From Podarcis pityusensis (taxonomy: Eukaryota): a stretch of 64,000 nt of DNA. The number at the start of each line of letters is the position of its first letter. Position 1 is the stretch's first letter. Shown one piece after another: positions 26,701 to 39,766 of this stretch. The position numbers and the translations under genes were made by a program. The DNA is taken from NCBI GenBank assembly GCA_964106645.2, contig OZ067043.1; one strand, given 5' to 3'. Under the pieces are notes generated by a model. It was not told the origin of the DNA. It saw nothing but the letters and a program-made list of their open reading frames with translations, and made no database searches.

Positions 26701-29340
26701 ATTAATTTAAATCTATTTAAGGCAAGTGTGGGAGAAACCACAATCTTTGTTGTGGTCAGTGGTGTACACAGCAGGGCTGGATGTTTCACTTGATTGAGGC
26801 CTGAAAGCTGACTGTAGAAGACCTAAAACATCATGTCAGCTTTTTCCAAGTATTGCAAAAGAAGCAGTGTACGGTAAATTCAAATATTCTGCAATGTCAA
26901 TAACCATTATTATGATGGCTACTTACTGTCCCTTCAGACCCCTCCAAATTTAAATGTAAAAGACAACAACCGCAACAGCAACAAAAGCAACCCAAGTCAG
27001 TTTCTGTGAAAGCAGCCACCTTACAGTTTAAAAGAGCCCATAGTCAAACTAAATCAAATTAATGTAACCAGCCTATAATCTAAAGCAGTACTTGTGGAGA
27101 CGTGCTCTCCTTCCTTCAAGGTCTAGGAGTGAAATGTTCACTATAGCACATCACAAATACCAACTGATTTTAGGGTTTTGGCCAAAGTTTAGGAGAATAG
27201 TCCTAAACTTTGCCTTGCCAATGAGTTATTTACTATCCTCAAGGGATTGTTGCTCAGACATGAACTATAACTGAGGCTCCACTGGATGATCAGAAATACA
27301 TTTGTGCATTGGCAAAGGAGAGTAATATCTTGATATTATAAAGCTGTTTCAATAGCTCTGATAGAGATTGAAAGGTAGTACAGTACAGATTTATCAGAGT
27401 TTTCCCCAAAGCCAATTGTAGCTCAGTGAAGAAGGATCAGGTCTGTGTTCCAAGTCCTGTTCAAGCAAATAACATGCTATGCACGAGGTCTGCAATGCCT
27501 CTATTCATCCTGCCCCAAGCATTGCTATGCAGCAGTCAACCATTGCTTCAGTTGCAGGGAAAACCTGGTGGTGCAAGGCAAGTTGCTGCTCTTCTGCTGT
27601 TCCTGGGACCTTTAAGTGTGGTCCTGTGAATCGCTGTCAACAATTGGGCCAGTATTAGGCTATACGGCTACCATTCTTACATCACCCTTTCTAGGATTAA
27701 TAGTACCTTTCTGGCAGTGAGTGGATGATGTTCAATAGTGTCACAGTGGGGCTTGGTAGAGAGTGGTGCCAGAGCCTCACTAACTGTTGCCGTTTACCAA
27801 TTCTGATGTGAAAAATGACAAGGCCGTCTCAGGCTACGGAGATGAATGATGAGAAGGACATGAGCAATGTTTCTTACATTAACGTTAACTGCATGTTATG
27901 TCTGCAAAATTGGTGAAAATTGTTTGAGTGGTTGTAGGTGGACAGTTTTTGGCTAAGGACATGAAGCATTTGCTGCTTAGAGTATATTTTTGGTAGGAAG
28001 CCTGGAAATGTATGTGGTGATTAGGAGAGTGGTATTTAATCCCACATACTTAACTTTTTGTTTGTTTCTTTAAGGGTTGAGTAAGTGACAGGAGGTGCTT
28101 TATAGTAGTACAACCAACAATAATTGGTTGTGCGAAACTGAGACAATATACTGTATTGTAGTGATCGACCAGTAGTTCTACACATTCAGGTGATCAAGGG
28201 ATAACTCACACCGTGAGTGCAGTTATCTGTTGTGCCAGTTCTTACTGAGTTGCCAGGGAAAGCTTGGCCAACTGCAGGGAAGAGCTGCAGTGGATAAGGA
28301 ATTAAACATAGCCAGCAAATACCGGTAGTCTAGACCTTTACCAGAACCGCCTTCCTTTTTGCTATCAAATTATTAGTTAAATTGTATGAAACTTTATGTA
28401 AAATAATTTGTCTGTCGTGTTTTGTTGAACTATTTAATTGTATGGCTGGGATTAGAGTGGGGTAGTTAGTGTTGGTGGATCACAACTTCCATCATCACTG
28501 ACCATGGCTATGCTGGAAGGCACCATGTTAGCTACCCCTGAATTAAAAGGTGCCATCTCTTGTTCTTCCTAACTAGTTGGACCCAGGTGGACAGTGATTG
28601 TCATTCTTTTCATTTGATTGTTGGGAAGGTTCCACAGTTACCCATTTTCTCTTCTATCCTAAATTTGTATTGTGATGTTATCGCTTTATGGATAACATCT
28701 GATTCTGCATTTCATTTCCCCTCTAATCCTGGGAGCAGTGTTCTTTTGCCTTTAACTGGAGGGCTGTTGTTGAAGTAGACAAGCATACTGAAGCAGGCAT
28801 ACTGAAGCAAAGTCCAGACAAGATGGAAGTGATTATGGTGGGTAGCCTGTGTGATCTGGAATAGGTGAGTCTGCCTGTTCTAATAGGATTTCGTTGTCAC
28901 TAATAAAGAAGGTTATAGCCTAGGAGTACTCTTGTATCTGGCTTTCTTCCTAGAAGCACAGGTGGCAATCTTGGACAGAAATGCTTTTTATCAGTTTCAT
29001 TTGATACTCCAGCTGTGCCAGTTCCTGTGGAAAGAGGACTGAGCAATAAACATCCATGTCTTTGGAAACTAGAGGATTGAGTATTGCAATATCTTCAGTG
29101 ACTGTCTTTGTCTGAGGTTCTCTTCTGGGATGCTCTCACCTTCTGAGAAGCACTGGCTGCTTACTCTTTAGGTCATGGTACTCCATCTGTGGGATGTCCT
29201 CCCCAAGGAGGCTTTCCTGGCACTTAGTATACTGTCTTTTCATTGCAGGTGAAACACATTTTTGTTCCACAGGCTTTTTAGATCCTTCTAGACCTTATGA
29301 AGCAACGTAAGTTTAATAGATCTCTCCTGGATTAGAGGGT

Positions 29341-29483
29341 ATTGGTTAGAGTGTGGTGCCGATTACACCAAGGACGCAGGTTTGATCTCCGTATGGGACA
29401 GCTGCATATTCCTGCATTGCAGGGGGTTGGACTAGCTGATTCTAAAGGTCCCTTCCAATTCTACAATTCCATGATTCTATGAT
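29341..29483 (+). mobile_element. tRNA-derived SINE with CR1-type tail (POM-SINE-like)
   Basis: It has a tRNA-like head TTGGTTAGAGTGTGGTG...GGTTTGATCTCC. The tail GCAGGGGGTTGGACTAG...CCCTTCCAATTCTACAATTCCATGATTCTATG matches the CR1 3' end at 38372-38430. Confidence 0.8.
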
Positions 29484-29994
29484 CTGGTATTCTTTGATTT
29501 TTAGTTCCCCCTCCACTATTTATTTTTAATCAAGAAGTGGTGTTGTTTTCAGCTGTTAGTAAGCTGCTTTGAAGTCAACGGATTTAATAATGATAGACGC
29601 TAATAAATGCAGTACGAAAATGTGCTCAACATGGGTCTGCCCATGAAGATTGGCATCTCATGTAGATTCATAATATAGTACTGTTTCTTTCTTTATGTAA
29701 TCTCATTGATGGGATCTATAATGCGATCTGCAACACAACATTGCTGTGTATCCTCATCTGCTAAGAGGAGTTCTCCTTTTCAGTGTTCCAGATGACCTGA
29801 AATCTTGTAGTCTTCATGTATCGGAATGGGTGGTGTTCTAGGTGTATGTGATAAAGGACCCCCCCATCCCCCAAGATCTGCCGGGAAACTCTACACTTGA
29901 GCATTTTCTTGCTTTCAAGGGGAGCATGGTTCTGGGCAGTGGGAACAGGAAATGTCATCCACTTTGCTTTCCTTCCTCCTGAAAGATCCTTGTA

Positions 29995-30235
29995 CAGTGG
30001 TACCTCGGGTTACAGATGTTTCAGGTAACAGACACTTCAGGTTACAGACTCTGCTAACCCAGAAATATTACCTCGGGTTAAGAACTTTGCTTCAGGATGA
30101 GAACAGAAATCATGCTCAGGCGGCGCGGCAGCAGCAGGAGGCCCCATTAGCTAAAGTGGTGCTTCAGGTTAAGAACAGTTTAAGGTTAAGAATGGACCTC
30201 CGGAACAAATTAAGTTCTTAACCCGAGGTATACTG
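29995..30235 (+). mobile_element. Tc1/mariner MITE, family A
   Basis: It starts TA|CAGTGGTACCTCGGGTTAC and has internal (C)AGGTTA repeats. The right TIR is degenerate (GAGGTATACTG). It is homologous to the copies at 30646, 44605 and 56355. Confidence 0.88.
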
Positions 30236-30645
30236 CTGGGAGGAGAGAGTGGTTTTTTTAACCTCATCACATATACTGTAATCTCTCTTCCAGAATGCAC
30301 ACAAGAAACTGTTAGGTGTTCAAGGAGTTCAATTCCCCTTCTACCTATGCACCCCTATTTCTCTCTCGTTTTTGTTTTCAGCTAGCACTCTAACATTCTG
30401 TCTCAATTGCTGTCAGCCATAGGCTAGATTGATAGATCCACACAGCCTGACTTGTAATTCCTTTAGACCAGTCTTCCTCAGCCTAGTGTCATTCCCAGAT
30501 GTGTTGGATTACCATTCAGATCGTACAGTTATGAATTGTGGTCCAAAACATCTAGACGGCTTGTGACAGACTGCTTTAGACCACTAGGTCCCTATTAAGC
30601 TGTTTTGAGGTTTTTTAAGAAGTTGCTTTCTCTTAATTTACATTA

Positions 30646-30887
30646 AAGTGGTACCTTTGGTTACGTACTTAATTCGTTCTGGAGGTCCGTACTTAACCTG
30701 AAACTGTTCTTAACCTGAAGCACCACTTTAGCTAATGGGGCCTCCTGCTGCCGCCGCGCCGCCGGAGCACAATTTCTGTTCTTATCCTGAAGCAAAGTTC
30801 TTAACCTGAAGCACTATTTCTCGGTTAGTGGAGTCTGTAACCTGAAGTGTATGTAACCTGAAGCGTATGTAACCTGAGGTACCACTG
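30646..30887 (-). mobile_element. Tc1/mariner MITE, family A, opposite orientation
   Basis: Its reverse complement aligns along the full length with 29995-30235. It ends GAGGTACCACTG|TA. Confidence 0.9.
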
Positions 30888-31263
30888 TAATATATATCTT
30901 TGCATACCTATGGAATGTCTGTATATATCTGTATATGTAGAAACCGCTGCTTCATTTTTTGTTGTGTCAATTTTAGTCAAAATCAGTTGGTACCCAAACT
31001 CCTCATTATTGTCAGAGGGAAGGATTGGGATTGAATCCAAATAACTATGATTGGGTGTAGAAAATGTTTTAGTGTCACTCTTTGAACTTTTGCGTAAGTC
31101 AAGATTTCTTAGGTACAGTGTCACAGTGTGTCAGGGGTTTGATTACGATATGAGAAACACATTGAATAAGAAGCAAAGAAGGTGAAGCATAGACCATAAA
31201 ATGTCTTGAGGTGAGCTTTCACATTGATAGGCAATATTAATTCTGTATTTACTATAGAATCTA

Positions 31264-31617
31264 CAGTGGTACCTCGCAAGACGAATGCCTCTCAAGACGA
31301 AAAACTCGCAAGACGAAAGAGTTTTTGGTTTTTTGAGTTGCTTCGCGAGACGAATTTCCCTATGGGCTTGCTTCGCAAGACGGAAACGTCTTGCAAGTTT
31401 GTTTCCCTTTTCTTAAAACCGTTACAGTAATACAGGGTGCATTGCTTGAAGAGGTGCAGTTGTGACTTGACTTCGGGGAGCAACTCATAGCACGCAGTGT
31501 GGTAGCCTTTTTTGAGGTTTTTGAATATTTTTTTGAAAAAATTGAAAAATTGAATTTTTTTTCGCAAGACGAAAAAACTCGCAGAACGAATTAATTTTGT
31601 CTTGCGAGGCACCACTG
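31264..31617. mobile_element. Tc1/mariner MITE, family B
   Basis: TA|CAGTGGTACCTCGCAAGAC ... GTCTTGCGAGGCACCACTG|TA gives a 19-bp TIR with 1 mismatch. Internal CGCAAGACG repeats are present. Confidence 0.92.
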
Positions 31618-34600
31618 TATCGCTGTTTCATTGTGTTACCATCAATAATAAACCTTGCCTATATCCAAGGTCTCTTAAACCTCATTGAAGCCAACGACGT
31701 TTAAGCAACCTACGTAAATCCAAGAAGGATTGCAGGCCAAGAGTGAAATCCATTGTGCTGTAGAATGTCTAAGGTTCCTGTATCCACTAACACAGACAAT
31801 TTTCTTCAGTTCCCCCTTTTCTCTGTGGCTACCTGCACCTTTGAAAATTTCAAGACTAATGTGGAAGGCAGCATAGGACAGGGCTTCAGGTGGAAATGGA
31901 TAAAATTACTTCCTTTTATCTTACTGCTGTGTGTCTCAACTGGATCAAACACCGTTTTGCAAGTGGAACAACAGCATTGCATTCTCCCCCTATAGTTTTT
32001 ATTATTACAGTTGCCCACTCTAGTTATTTGCACATTGTTCATGTGCACCAATGAAATTTTTCTGATGATTTAGCCCTACATAACCAGTCTTTAGAAGGCT
32101 CTTTGTAACATCAAACATTATAAAAGTAAATGATTAATATGATAATCTAATAAAAATGGGTATTTTGAAATGCCATCATATAATTCTGATCCATAGTGCA
32201 AATAAAAGCTTGCATACAGCTGCGTTGTGTTTAAACTAAGGTCTGTAACTTCAACTTTTGATTTTAATTAAACCTGGAGGGTAAGCAAATGCTCTTCACA
32301 TAGTTATGTTCAGCTAAAAGTAAAGTTGGCATGATGGACCCACCCCCCATTTTCTGCTTGCTATTACCAGTACTCCAAGATAAATCTTTTTAATTGCAGT
32401 TGTACATAACACATGAGGAACTTTTCAAAAACCCTACCATTTTAGGCATTAATAGAGTTGAGGGGTCTGTATTTTCATCAAAGATAAATACAAAACTCAA
32501 TGAATATTAGTGATTTTGTAGGTATTCTTAAAATTTTCATTCTGGGAATAATTGCCTGATATGTTTATGAAGTATATTAGTTCCTATGATAAAAGTGGGC
32601 TAATGAAGTCAAGGAATTATTTCAAAGTAGTGTGTGTTTGGTGTTACCATTTTCTAACTTTTCAGTAATAATCATCAAGAAGATGGATTGAGTGAACTAG
32701 TGCCACTGACAATAAGCTGAAACGATATTTGGTTATATGTTCCTTTCCTTGGTAGAATCCTGGCCTGATTCAGGGGTTGAAGAATATGGATTGCATTCCT
32801 AGTTCTCCCATCACTTCTGACCTGGTACTATGGTCCTTCCTGCTCACTTCATCCACCATATGCTGTAATTTGGATGATCATAGAGTGTATTCATCCCTTA
32901 TTGTGTGACTTTCTAAACAAATAGAGCCTGCTGTGCAGTTCCCTAATGCACTGTGCTCAGGCATCATTCACCAAGTGAGTGCTGAGGTAGGCTGAAAAGG
33001 ACCAGTCAGTACAATCCAGTGACAGGTTGCCTAATGGGTGCCAGATGGGGGCATTTAAAGTGTTGCATCATCAGGTTTGCCCAGTAGACTCCCTTTCCCC
33101 CATCCCCAAAGCCATTTGTTTCATGCAACTGATACCTTAGCTTTTCTGAATGAAAGTAAACCTAAAAGGCAACAGTTGAGATTTAAAAAAATATTTAATT
33201 TGTTATCATTTTGGGTTGAAAAAAGTCACCTAGACTATTTAAAAGTATACATATATGTGTAAGTTTACTCTGAAAATAATCAGCATGTCTTACATGAATA
33301 TTATGTGACCTGTCCTTTAAAATATAATTGTGGTCATTTAATTATGGTTGAAAAGAGCAGATAGGAGGATATCCTGCAGAACACATTAGCTATTACTCCA
33401 ATATGCTAATCTTGTTAACTTTGCTTTCCAGTTCTTAATTTTATTTTATATTCTGTATGTATGTTTGTATATAAAATATTTGGAGAATGATGTCAGAGGT
33501 CTGCTATGAAATTTGAAGTGAGGGCAATGATGGTTTGTGAGCTATAGCAGCAAGTGAGGGATCAATGTGTTCAGAGGGGCAGGGACTCAGGAGAGGGAAG
33601 GCTACAAATGTAACAGTTTTTATTATTTGCATATATGTAATGTACAAAAGAGAAGGGGGAGGGGTTGCCAGGCTTTATCAAACTGGTCAAAATGCAGCCC
33701 ACATATTCTTTTTAAAAGAATATATTTGTGCATACACTCACAATAAATTGTAGAAAGATCACTAGGAGTCAGATCTTGAAAGACTGGATTGTCTTGATTA
33801 AAGAACAAGTCTTTAAAGATGTTGCATACCCCTACTGGGTGGAAAACAATATACCTTAAAATGGGAAGAAAATTGTTACTCCCAAGTGCTTTCATGGTCA
33901 CATAGCTATGATGACTGAGTTTACGCACGAATGGGTAGCACTTGATTATTGCAGAATCAAGTGATGACTTGCATGCGTGAACAATATGATATAATAAATA
34001 TTTATTGCTTGTAGCCATAGGCCATTGCATGCAATACACATAAAAAGCAAATGTCTACAACACAGACATAAAATATGAGTAATTACATTACCCACTTCTC
34101 ATTTAACATGCAGACATGTGTGAACAAGCCAACATAGTTCCCCTCTCATGTAGCATAGGAACCACGGTAGCATAGCACATTCCTGTGCTGCTGGGGTTAC
34201 TTGAGAAGCCGTGGGCCATGAGGAAGGAGCACACACTTTGTCCTTCTGACACTAGAACTGTTCCAGTTTCAGATTGAGGGAGGGAACAGTCCACACTTTT
34301 AGGGGTGAGCCAACAAGTGGTGTGTTATGGAAGGATTTACATGCATACATACATTTGCTGAACTTATTCTTTCTAGAGGCATATTTGCCCAGGATTTTCA
34401 AGTTTGTGCCTTAGTATGGTATTTGTCAACATTTCGAGGACCCAACTAAGTTTCTAAGTCCATAGTGGTACCAAAACCGTGACCCACCTTAGATCAGGTT
34501 GATACCTAGTAATGGGTCTCAACTCACCACTTAAAGACTCAGTGGTTTATGGCTTGTGTGTATGTGTTCAGATGACCTCATATACAAATTATGGGAGTTG

Positions 34601-37600
34601 TGTTGTTTTTTTTGAAGACATACCGTTAAATGGGCTCCATATTCCTAAACTGAACAGGAATCACTCTTACTGATCGTTATACTATGTAATTTTTCTGTCT
34701 CCCACAAGCATTGCTTATTTTCTCTCATTTACACACTCCATTGTTTGGGTACTGTGCCATCCTGCCTTATCAAAATATTTTTCATTTTGGCATGTTAGAA
34801 AAGTGACAGCTGGGTCAGAGATGCAGACATGAATAGACATAAGGAAGGGCCAGGATCTGTGTGGTGAATAAACGCCTCTCCCAGGATCTGCTCCCTTTTG
34901 TTTCCTAATCTTCAGCATAAAACTGCCATAACCATGTGCTCTGTCTGAGTGTGACCAGCCCCTTCCCCCAACCCGAGCAAAGACTGAAGTCTCTTCTTCT
35001 AAATAACCTTTTACGTTGCTGGACCTGCACCCTAAGAGTTCCATGCATTAGTCTGCCTTGGATCTCAGTGCTGCTATTTCCCAGTGTCTAGTTACAGATC
35101 TGTCTGTAATACTTATCTGTTCCTTTATTGTCTGTGTTGCTTAGCTCCCCTTAATCTCTGTCAGAATGCAAAAAATCTGTGTGTCCGGTTTCAGTGTCGC
35201 TCACAGTACTTTTAATAACTTTGTGTTCCCTTTGATTTCACTTATCAGAAACTGCACGGCTGGGTTTTCCTGTATCATGCTCAGTGGCAGGCTCATAATG
35301 GATTGTTCCTCCAAAGAGATGATGCAGTAGCTGAATTTGCCTAGTTCTTCCAAGCCTCTTCTCCCTGAATATCCTTTTTCATTTGTTTTTGTTTTGTTAT
35401 TGGCCCTACAACTTCAGGAGATGCATTTTGTTCACTTGCTAATGGTTTGGACACACTGGCTCCTTGGTAGTTACAAATCTTGGTAGTTACAAAATTAACT
35501 ATATACCAAATAAATCTGCAAGTTATACAAAGATTATTTGATTGCTTGATCGACTGTGAAAGCAAACCCCCACACAGTATAAGCAGAATAATGTAGATCT
35601 TGTTGCTGATAGAAGGTTAGATACTCTATTCTAATTAAAATAAATTCCAGCAGCATAATATAGAACAGAATAAGGGATGTTGGTGGTCTGTAGGAAAAGA
35701 GCCGTAGATATAAGTAGATATGTGACCTGAGTATGTTTTCCTTCATGGCTGTATGATTCTCATGCCTAGAACACTTTTATTCTCAAAATATTAACAGATT
35801 TTGTCTTCAGTATTTAACAAAACCTTTCTCTGAATTATACCCTTTTATTTTTAAAGCCAAATCTGGAGTTTTGAGGAATCTGAAAGACAACACCTGATTC
35901 TCTGCTGGAAGCTTGCAGCAGTACAATAAGCCATTGTGTCTCAGGATAACAGTGGCCTATTGGTTTAGACTGAGGTCTCAAGAGTCCATGGAATCTCCAG
36001 TTTGAATCAAGCAGGCAGTTTCCCTCCTTTTAAACATATTATGCACGTGCCTCATCCCTGATTGGCATGACCACACAAAAAGGCCATTTGTAGTTGTTTG
36101 CACATGCACATCTAGAACTAGTACTGTGGGGTTTTTTCAAGTGTCAACATTGGGCCTGCTACACTGGGCCCAAATTCAGATACATTTGCTGCACAGCGTC
36201 CTGCCCTCTGGGGGAGCAGTCGATGGAGCACAGCTGCTGATGGGCTGCATTCCAGATGTTTGCAGTCTCCTGCGTGATTTACTTACACTACAGTTTGCCT
36301 AATGATGTTGAATTCTCGGGAATGACAGTTACTGTGGTCTCCATTTGTACTCTGGGGCTGTTGTGCATGATCATATGAACTATAAAGGAGATTATTCCAG
36401 AATGCAACACTTGTGGATTATGGTTTATATCTCTAGATATAGCCAGTAGGGAACCTTTTTGAACCTGAGAGCCATTTAATTTAATGAAGAGAGGTTGCAT
36501 GCTAGTAGTGGATTGAGCAGAGGCGCAAAGTGAATGACGCAACATATAAGACTTTGGTACAGAGGCCTACATTCCAGCCATGAAAAAACTAATAGGTTTC
36601 TACACCCCACCCCCCTACCTTTCCATCTGCTGCTGCATTATCACACTCCAGCCAGGCAAAACCACCTGAGAAGGGTGCAGAGCAGGGCTGGTGTGGGTGT
36701 GGCCTGGGGAGAGGGGATATAGTCTAAGGATAATGCTAAGGGCTCATGGGGCATATTTGCCTCCTGGACCTGAGGTCCCCAACCTGATGTATAACACTTA
36801 GTAGAAAGAATCAACTTGATTTCAGCTGTGTCTGAAGTTTGTTGGTCTTGGTTAGTAAGCTGCAGTTGTCAACCATATTAATGCACTTGACCATATTCCT
36901 CAGGATTCAATTTTTTTAAGTCACCCCCTCACCCACATTCACATTGTGTATCTACTAGTAAATTAATTGGTTCCAGGGATGTTAGCATGGTTGCATGTGT
37001 GAGGTCACATAGAACATATATGTCTAAGTATTGTAACAATAGAAATCAATATTTTGTAACTGTGCTGCTCAGCTCTGAAGATAGGTACCTCTGATGCCAT
37101 AATTTCACTTTGCAGTGAATATTCTGTGAGAAATGAAAGTAATCTGAATCTTAGTTATCTGACAGAACTGCTTCCTCAAAGGCACCATGCGTCATCTCAA
37201 TTCAACATAGCTCTTTTAAGCCTCATTCCATTGTAAAAACATATAATCATGTTTTAATAGAAATCTTACTGTACTAAGTTGGACCAAAAGTCCCTTTTAC
37301 CCTGTAGTGGCTGCATTTTCTGGCAGCTGCTTTTCATGATCACTCAGGCAAATACATTTCCCAGCTCGGCTACTGTTTTTTTTACCAGGATACTAGAAAT
37401 TGAGCTCATGGCAACTATTGAACACATTCAGGTCTATGAATATCATTTGGTGCTTTAATAGAATACCTTAAAGAGATTTGTTTGGCAGGTATTGTTTTGT
37501 ATTAATGTTTTACAAATGCATAGCAGAATATCAGCCCTGCTTCTCCACAATGGGAGAAGCAGTGACCATGGAGGGATTGTATTCTGTGGCCTTGGCAGTG

Positions 37601-37631
37601 TGTGTGTGATCAAATGATTCCTATTCTGGAG

Positions 37632-38531
37632 CAGAGCTTTCCAAACTGTGTATTGTGACACGTTAGTGTGTCACACGAATGCTCCCTGTGCTCCACCTGG
37701 GGATGGAAAGGGGTTAGTTTCCAAGATGGGTGACGCCTGGCTTGAGAGCAGTACATGTGAAAAGGATCTAGGAGTCTTGGTTGACCACAAATTTGACATG
37801 AGTCAACAGTGTGACGCGGCAGCTAAAAAAGCCAATGCAATTCTGGGCTGCATCAATAGGAGTATAGCATCTAGATCAAGGGAAGTAATAGTGCCACTGT
37901 ATTGTGCTCTGGTCAGACCTCACCTGGAGTACTGTGTCCAGTTCTGGGCACCACAGTTCAAGAAGGACACTGACAAACTGGAACATGTCCAGAGGAGGGC
38001 AACCAAAATGGTCAAAGGCCTGGAAACGATGCCTTATGAGGAACGGCTAAGGGAGCTGGGCATGTTTAGCCTGGAGAAGAGGAGGTTAAGGGGTGATATG
38101 ATAGCCATGTTCAAATATATAAAAGGATGTCACATAGAGGAGGGAGAAAGGTTGTTTTCTGCTGCTCCAGAGAAGCGGACACGGAGCAATGGATCCAAAC
38201 TACAAGAAAGAAGATTCCACCTAAACATTAGGAAGAACTTCCTGACAGTAAGAGCTGTTCGACAGTGGAATTTGCTGCCAAGGAGTGTGGTGGAGTCTCC
38301 TTCTTTGGAGGTCTTTAAGCAGAGGCTTGACAACCATATGTCAGGAGTGCTCTGATGGTGTTTCCTGCTTGGCAGGGGGTTGGACTCGATGGCCCTTGTG
38401 GTCTCTTCCAACTCTATGATTCTATGATTCTAGTTGAACCTCCGGTTTGCTAGTAAAACTGAATTACTGTGTCACAAAACAATGCATGTCTAAAAAGTGT
38501 GTCACCAACATGAAAAGTTTGGAAAGCTCTG
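37632..38531. mobile_element. hAT MITE interrupted by the CR1
   Basis: Perfect 16-bp TIRs CAGAGCTTTCCAAACT / AGTTTGGAAAGCTCTG and an 8-bp TSD TTCTGGAG / TTCTAGAG (1 mismatch). Confidence 0.9.
37721..38430 (+). mobile_element. 5'-truncated CR1 LINE (ORF2 C-terminus + 3'UTR), young
   Basis: The frame is uninterrupted to 38355 and carries CR1 motifs [33 protein letters not shown] and WNLLP. It has an (ATTCTATG)n-type tail. A short duplication TAGTT occurs at 37715-37719 and 38431-38435. Confidence 0.95.
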
Positions 38532-39729
38532 TTCTAGAGCCTCAGCACATTTTAGGCTTCCCAAGGGACACTGATACTGCCTTTCAACCATGGACCATGG
38601 CTTGGGTGCTTCAACAATAGGGACTATTACCAGTCTCCTACAAGACCGTACTTCTCCTTTCCCCTCCCTGTACCTGGCTGCAGAGCTGAAATAGGTTGTT
38701 TTGGTCCCCTACTTCTTTTATCCATTCCTGGTGATGGACATGAGCATGTGGTCTGGGCCTTTAGCCAGATATGCATTACAGCATTTTTTTAAAAAAACCA
38801 ACCCATGTGATACCAAAAGTGGAGACTCTAGTTTTGCTTTAGTGACTTTTGTTCAAGTTCCCAGCTTTGTGGAATTGCATTCTTAACACCTTCTGTCCAG
38901 AAGGCTAGCATCTAAGATGTTTGGTGCTCTTGGACAGATCAGTACTGCAGTGTTGTTGTTTTTAAAGCTTTTTTCTGTGATAACCTGTTTGTTGGGATGG
39001 TATCTTTTCATATTTGTGAAGAAGACAAAGGAAGTACAGTGCGAAGCACTGAACAGTTTTTAAAAACAGTTGGAAAGCATATAAAAGGTTCTGTGTGTGT
39101 GAAAAACAGGACAGCTGTGATGGTCTATTGGGAAAGTATGTACAGATGGTGGTAGGGAGGAGAATGATGACGGCATGGCTGATAAATGAAATACCAAAGA
39201 GAGAGAGAGAGAGAATATGCATTATGTTTGTGATCTTTGTAAACAATATATTTTTGGGGTAGATCAGTAGAATTTTTGGTCTGCCAACCATTTAGCCAGG
39301 AAGTAAAACTGTCTGCACATTTTTTTCAGGTCTGGTTTTGTTTACAAGATGAAGATAGTGTTTAATAAATTGTATGCCTTGTAATTATTAGAGGAGAAAA
39401 GTAAACATATGGTTTTCTTCACATTTAGAATGTCATGAGATTGTCATAATGGTGTCCATAGTCCTCCAAATAAAATTGGCCGTGAATTAGTCACAGTAAC
39501 ATGTGGGATTTTTGTGAAACAGATTTGTTTGTTTTGTATTGCAAATAATGGAAAAGATGAATTAAATTTGTATTTGACCAATAGTGATACTAGAATTTTG
39601 AAAAAGAAAGGATTTTTAAAATAATGAAATCTCTAAAATATATTTTTTTTGATTATTTAAAATATTTCTCTCCCATCTTTCTAGAAATGTACACATGACG
39701 ATTATATATGAAAATTACATGCATGTGAA

Positions 39730-39732
<3 letters not shown>

Positions 39733-39763
<31 letters not shown>
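39733..39763. repeat. (TA)n microsatellite
   Basis: Seen directly in the sequence. Confidence 0.97.

Positions 39764-39766
<3 letters not shown>

Noticed and set aside
28783-28809. 14-bp tandem duplication GCATACTGAAGCAG
   Set aside because: This is an ordinary slippage duplication with no supporting context.
31264-31617. CRISPR-like array from recurring CGCAAGACG units
   Set aside because: These are short, irregular subterminal repeats within a TIR/TA-flanked MITE in a vertebrate genome.
37648-38355. 235-aa ORF as a host gene
   Set aside because: It is a truncated CR1 ORF2 with a non-ATG start in MITE sequence, and it lacks the endonuclease and most of the RT.
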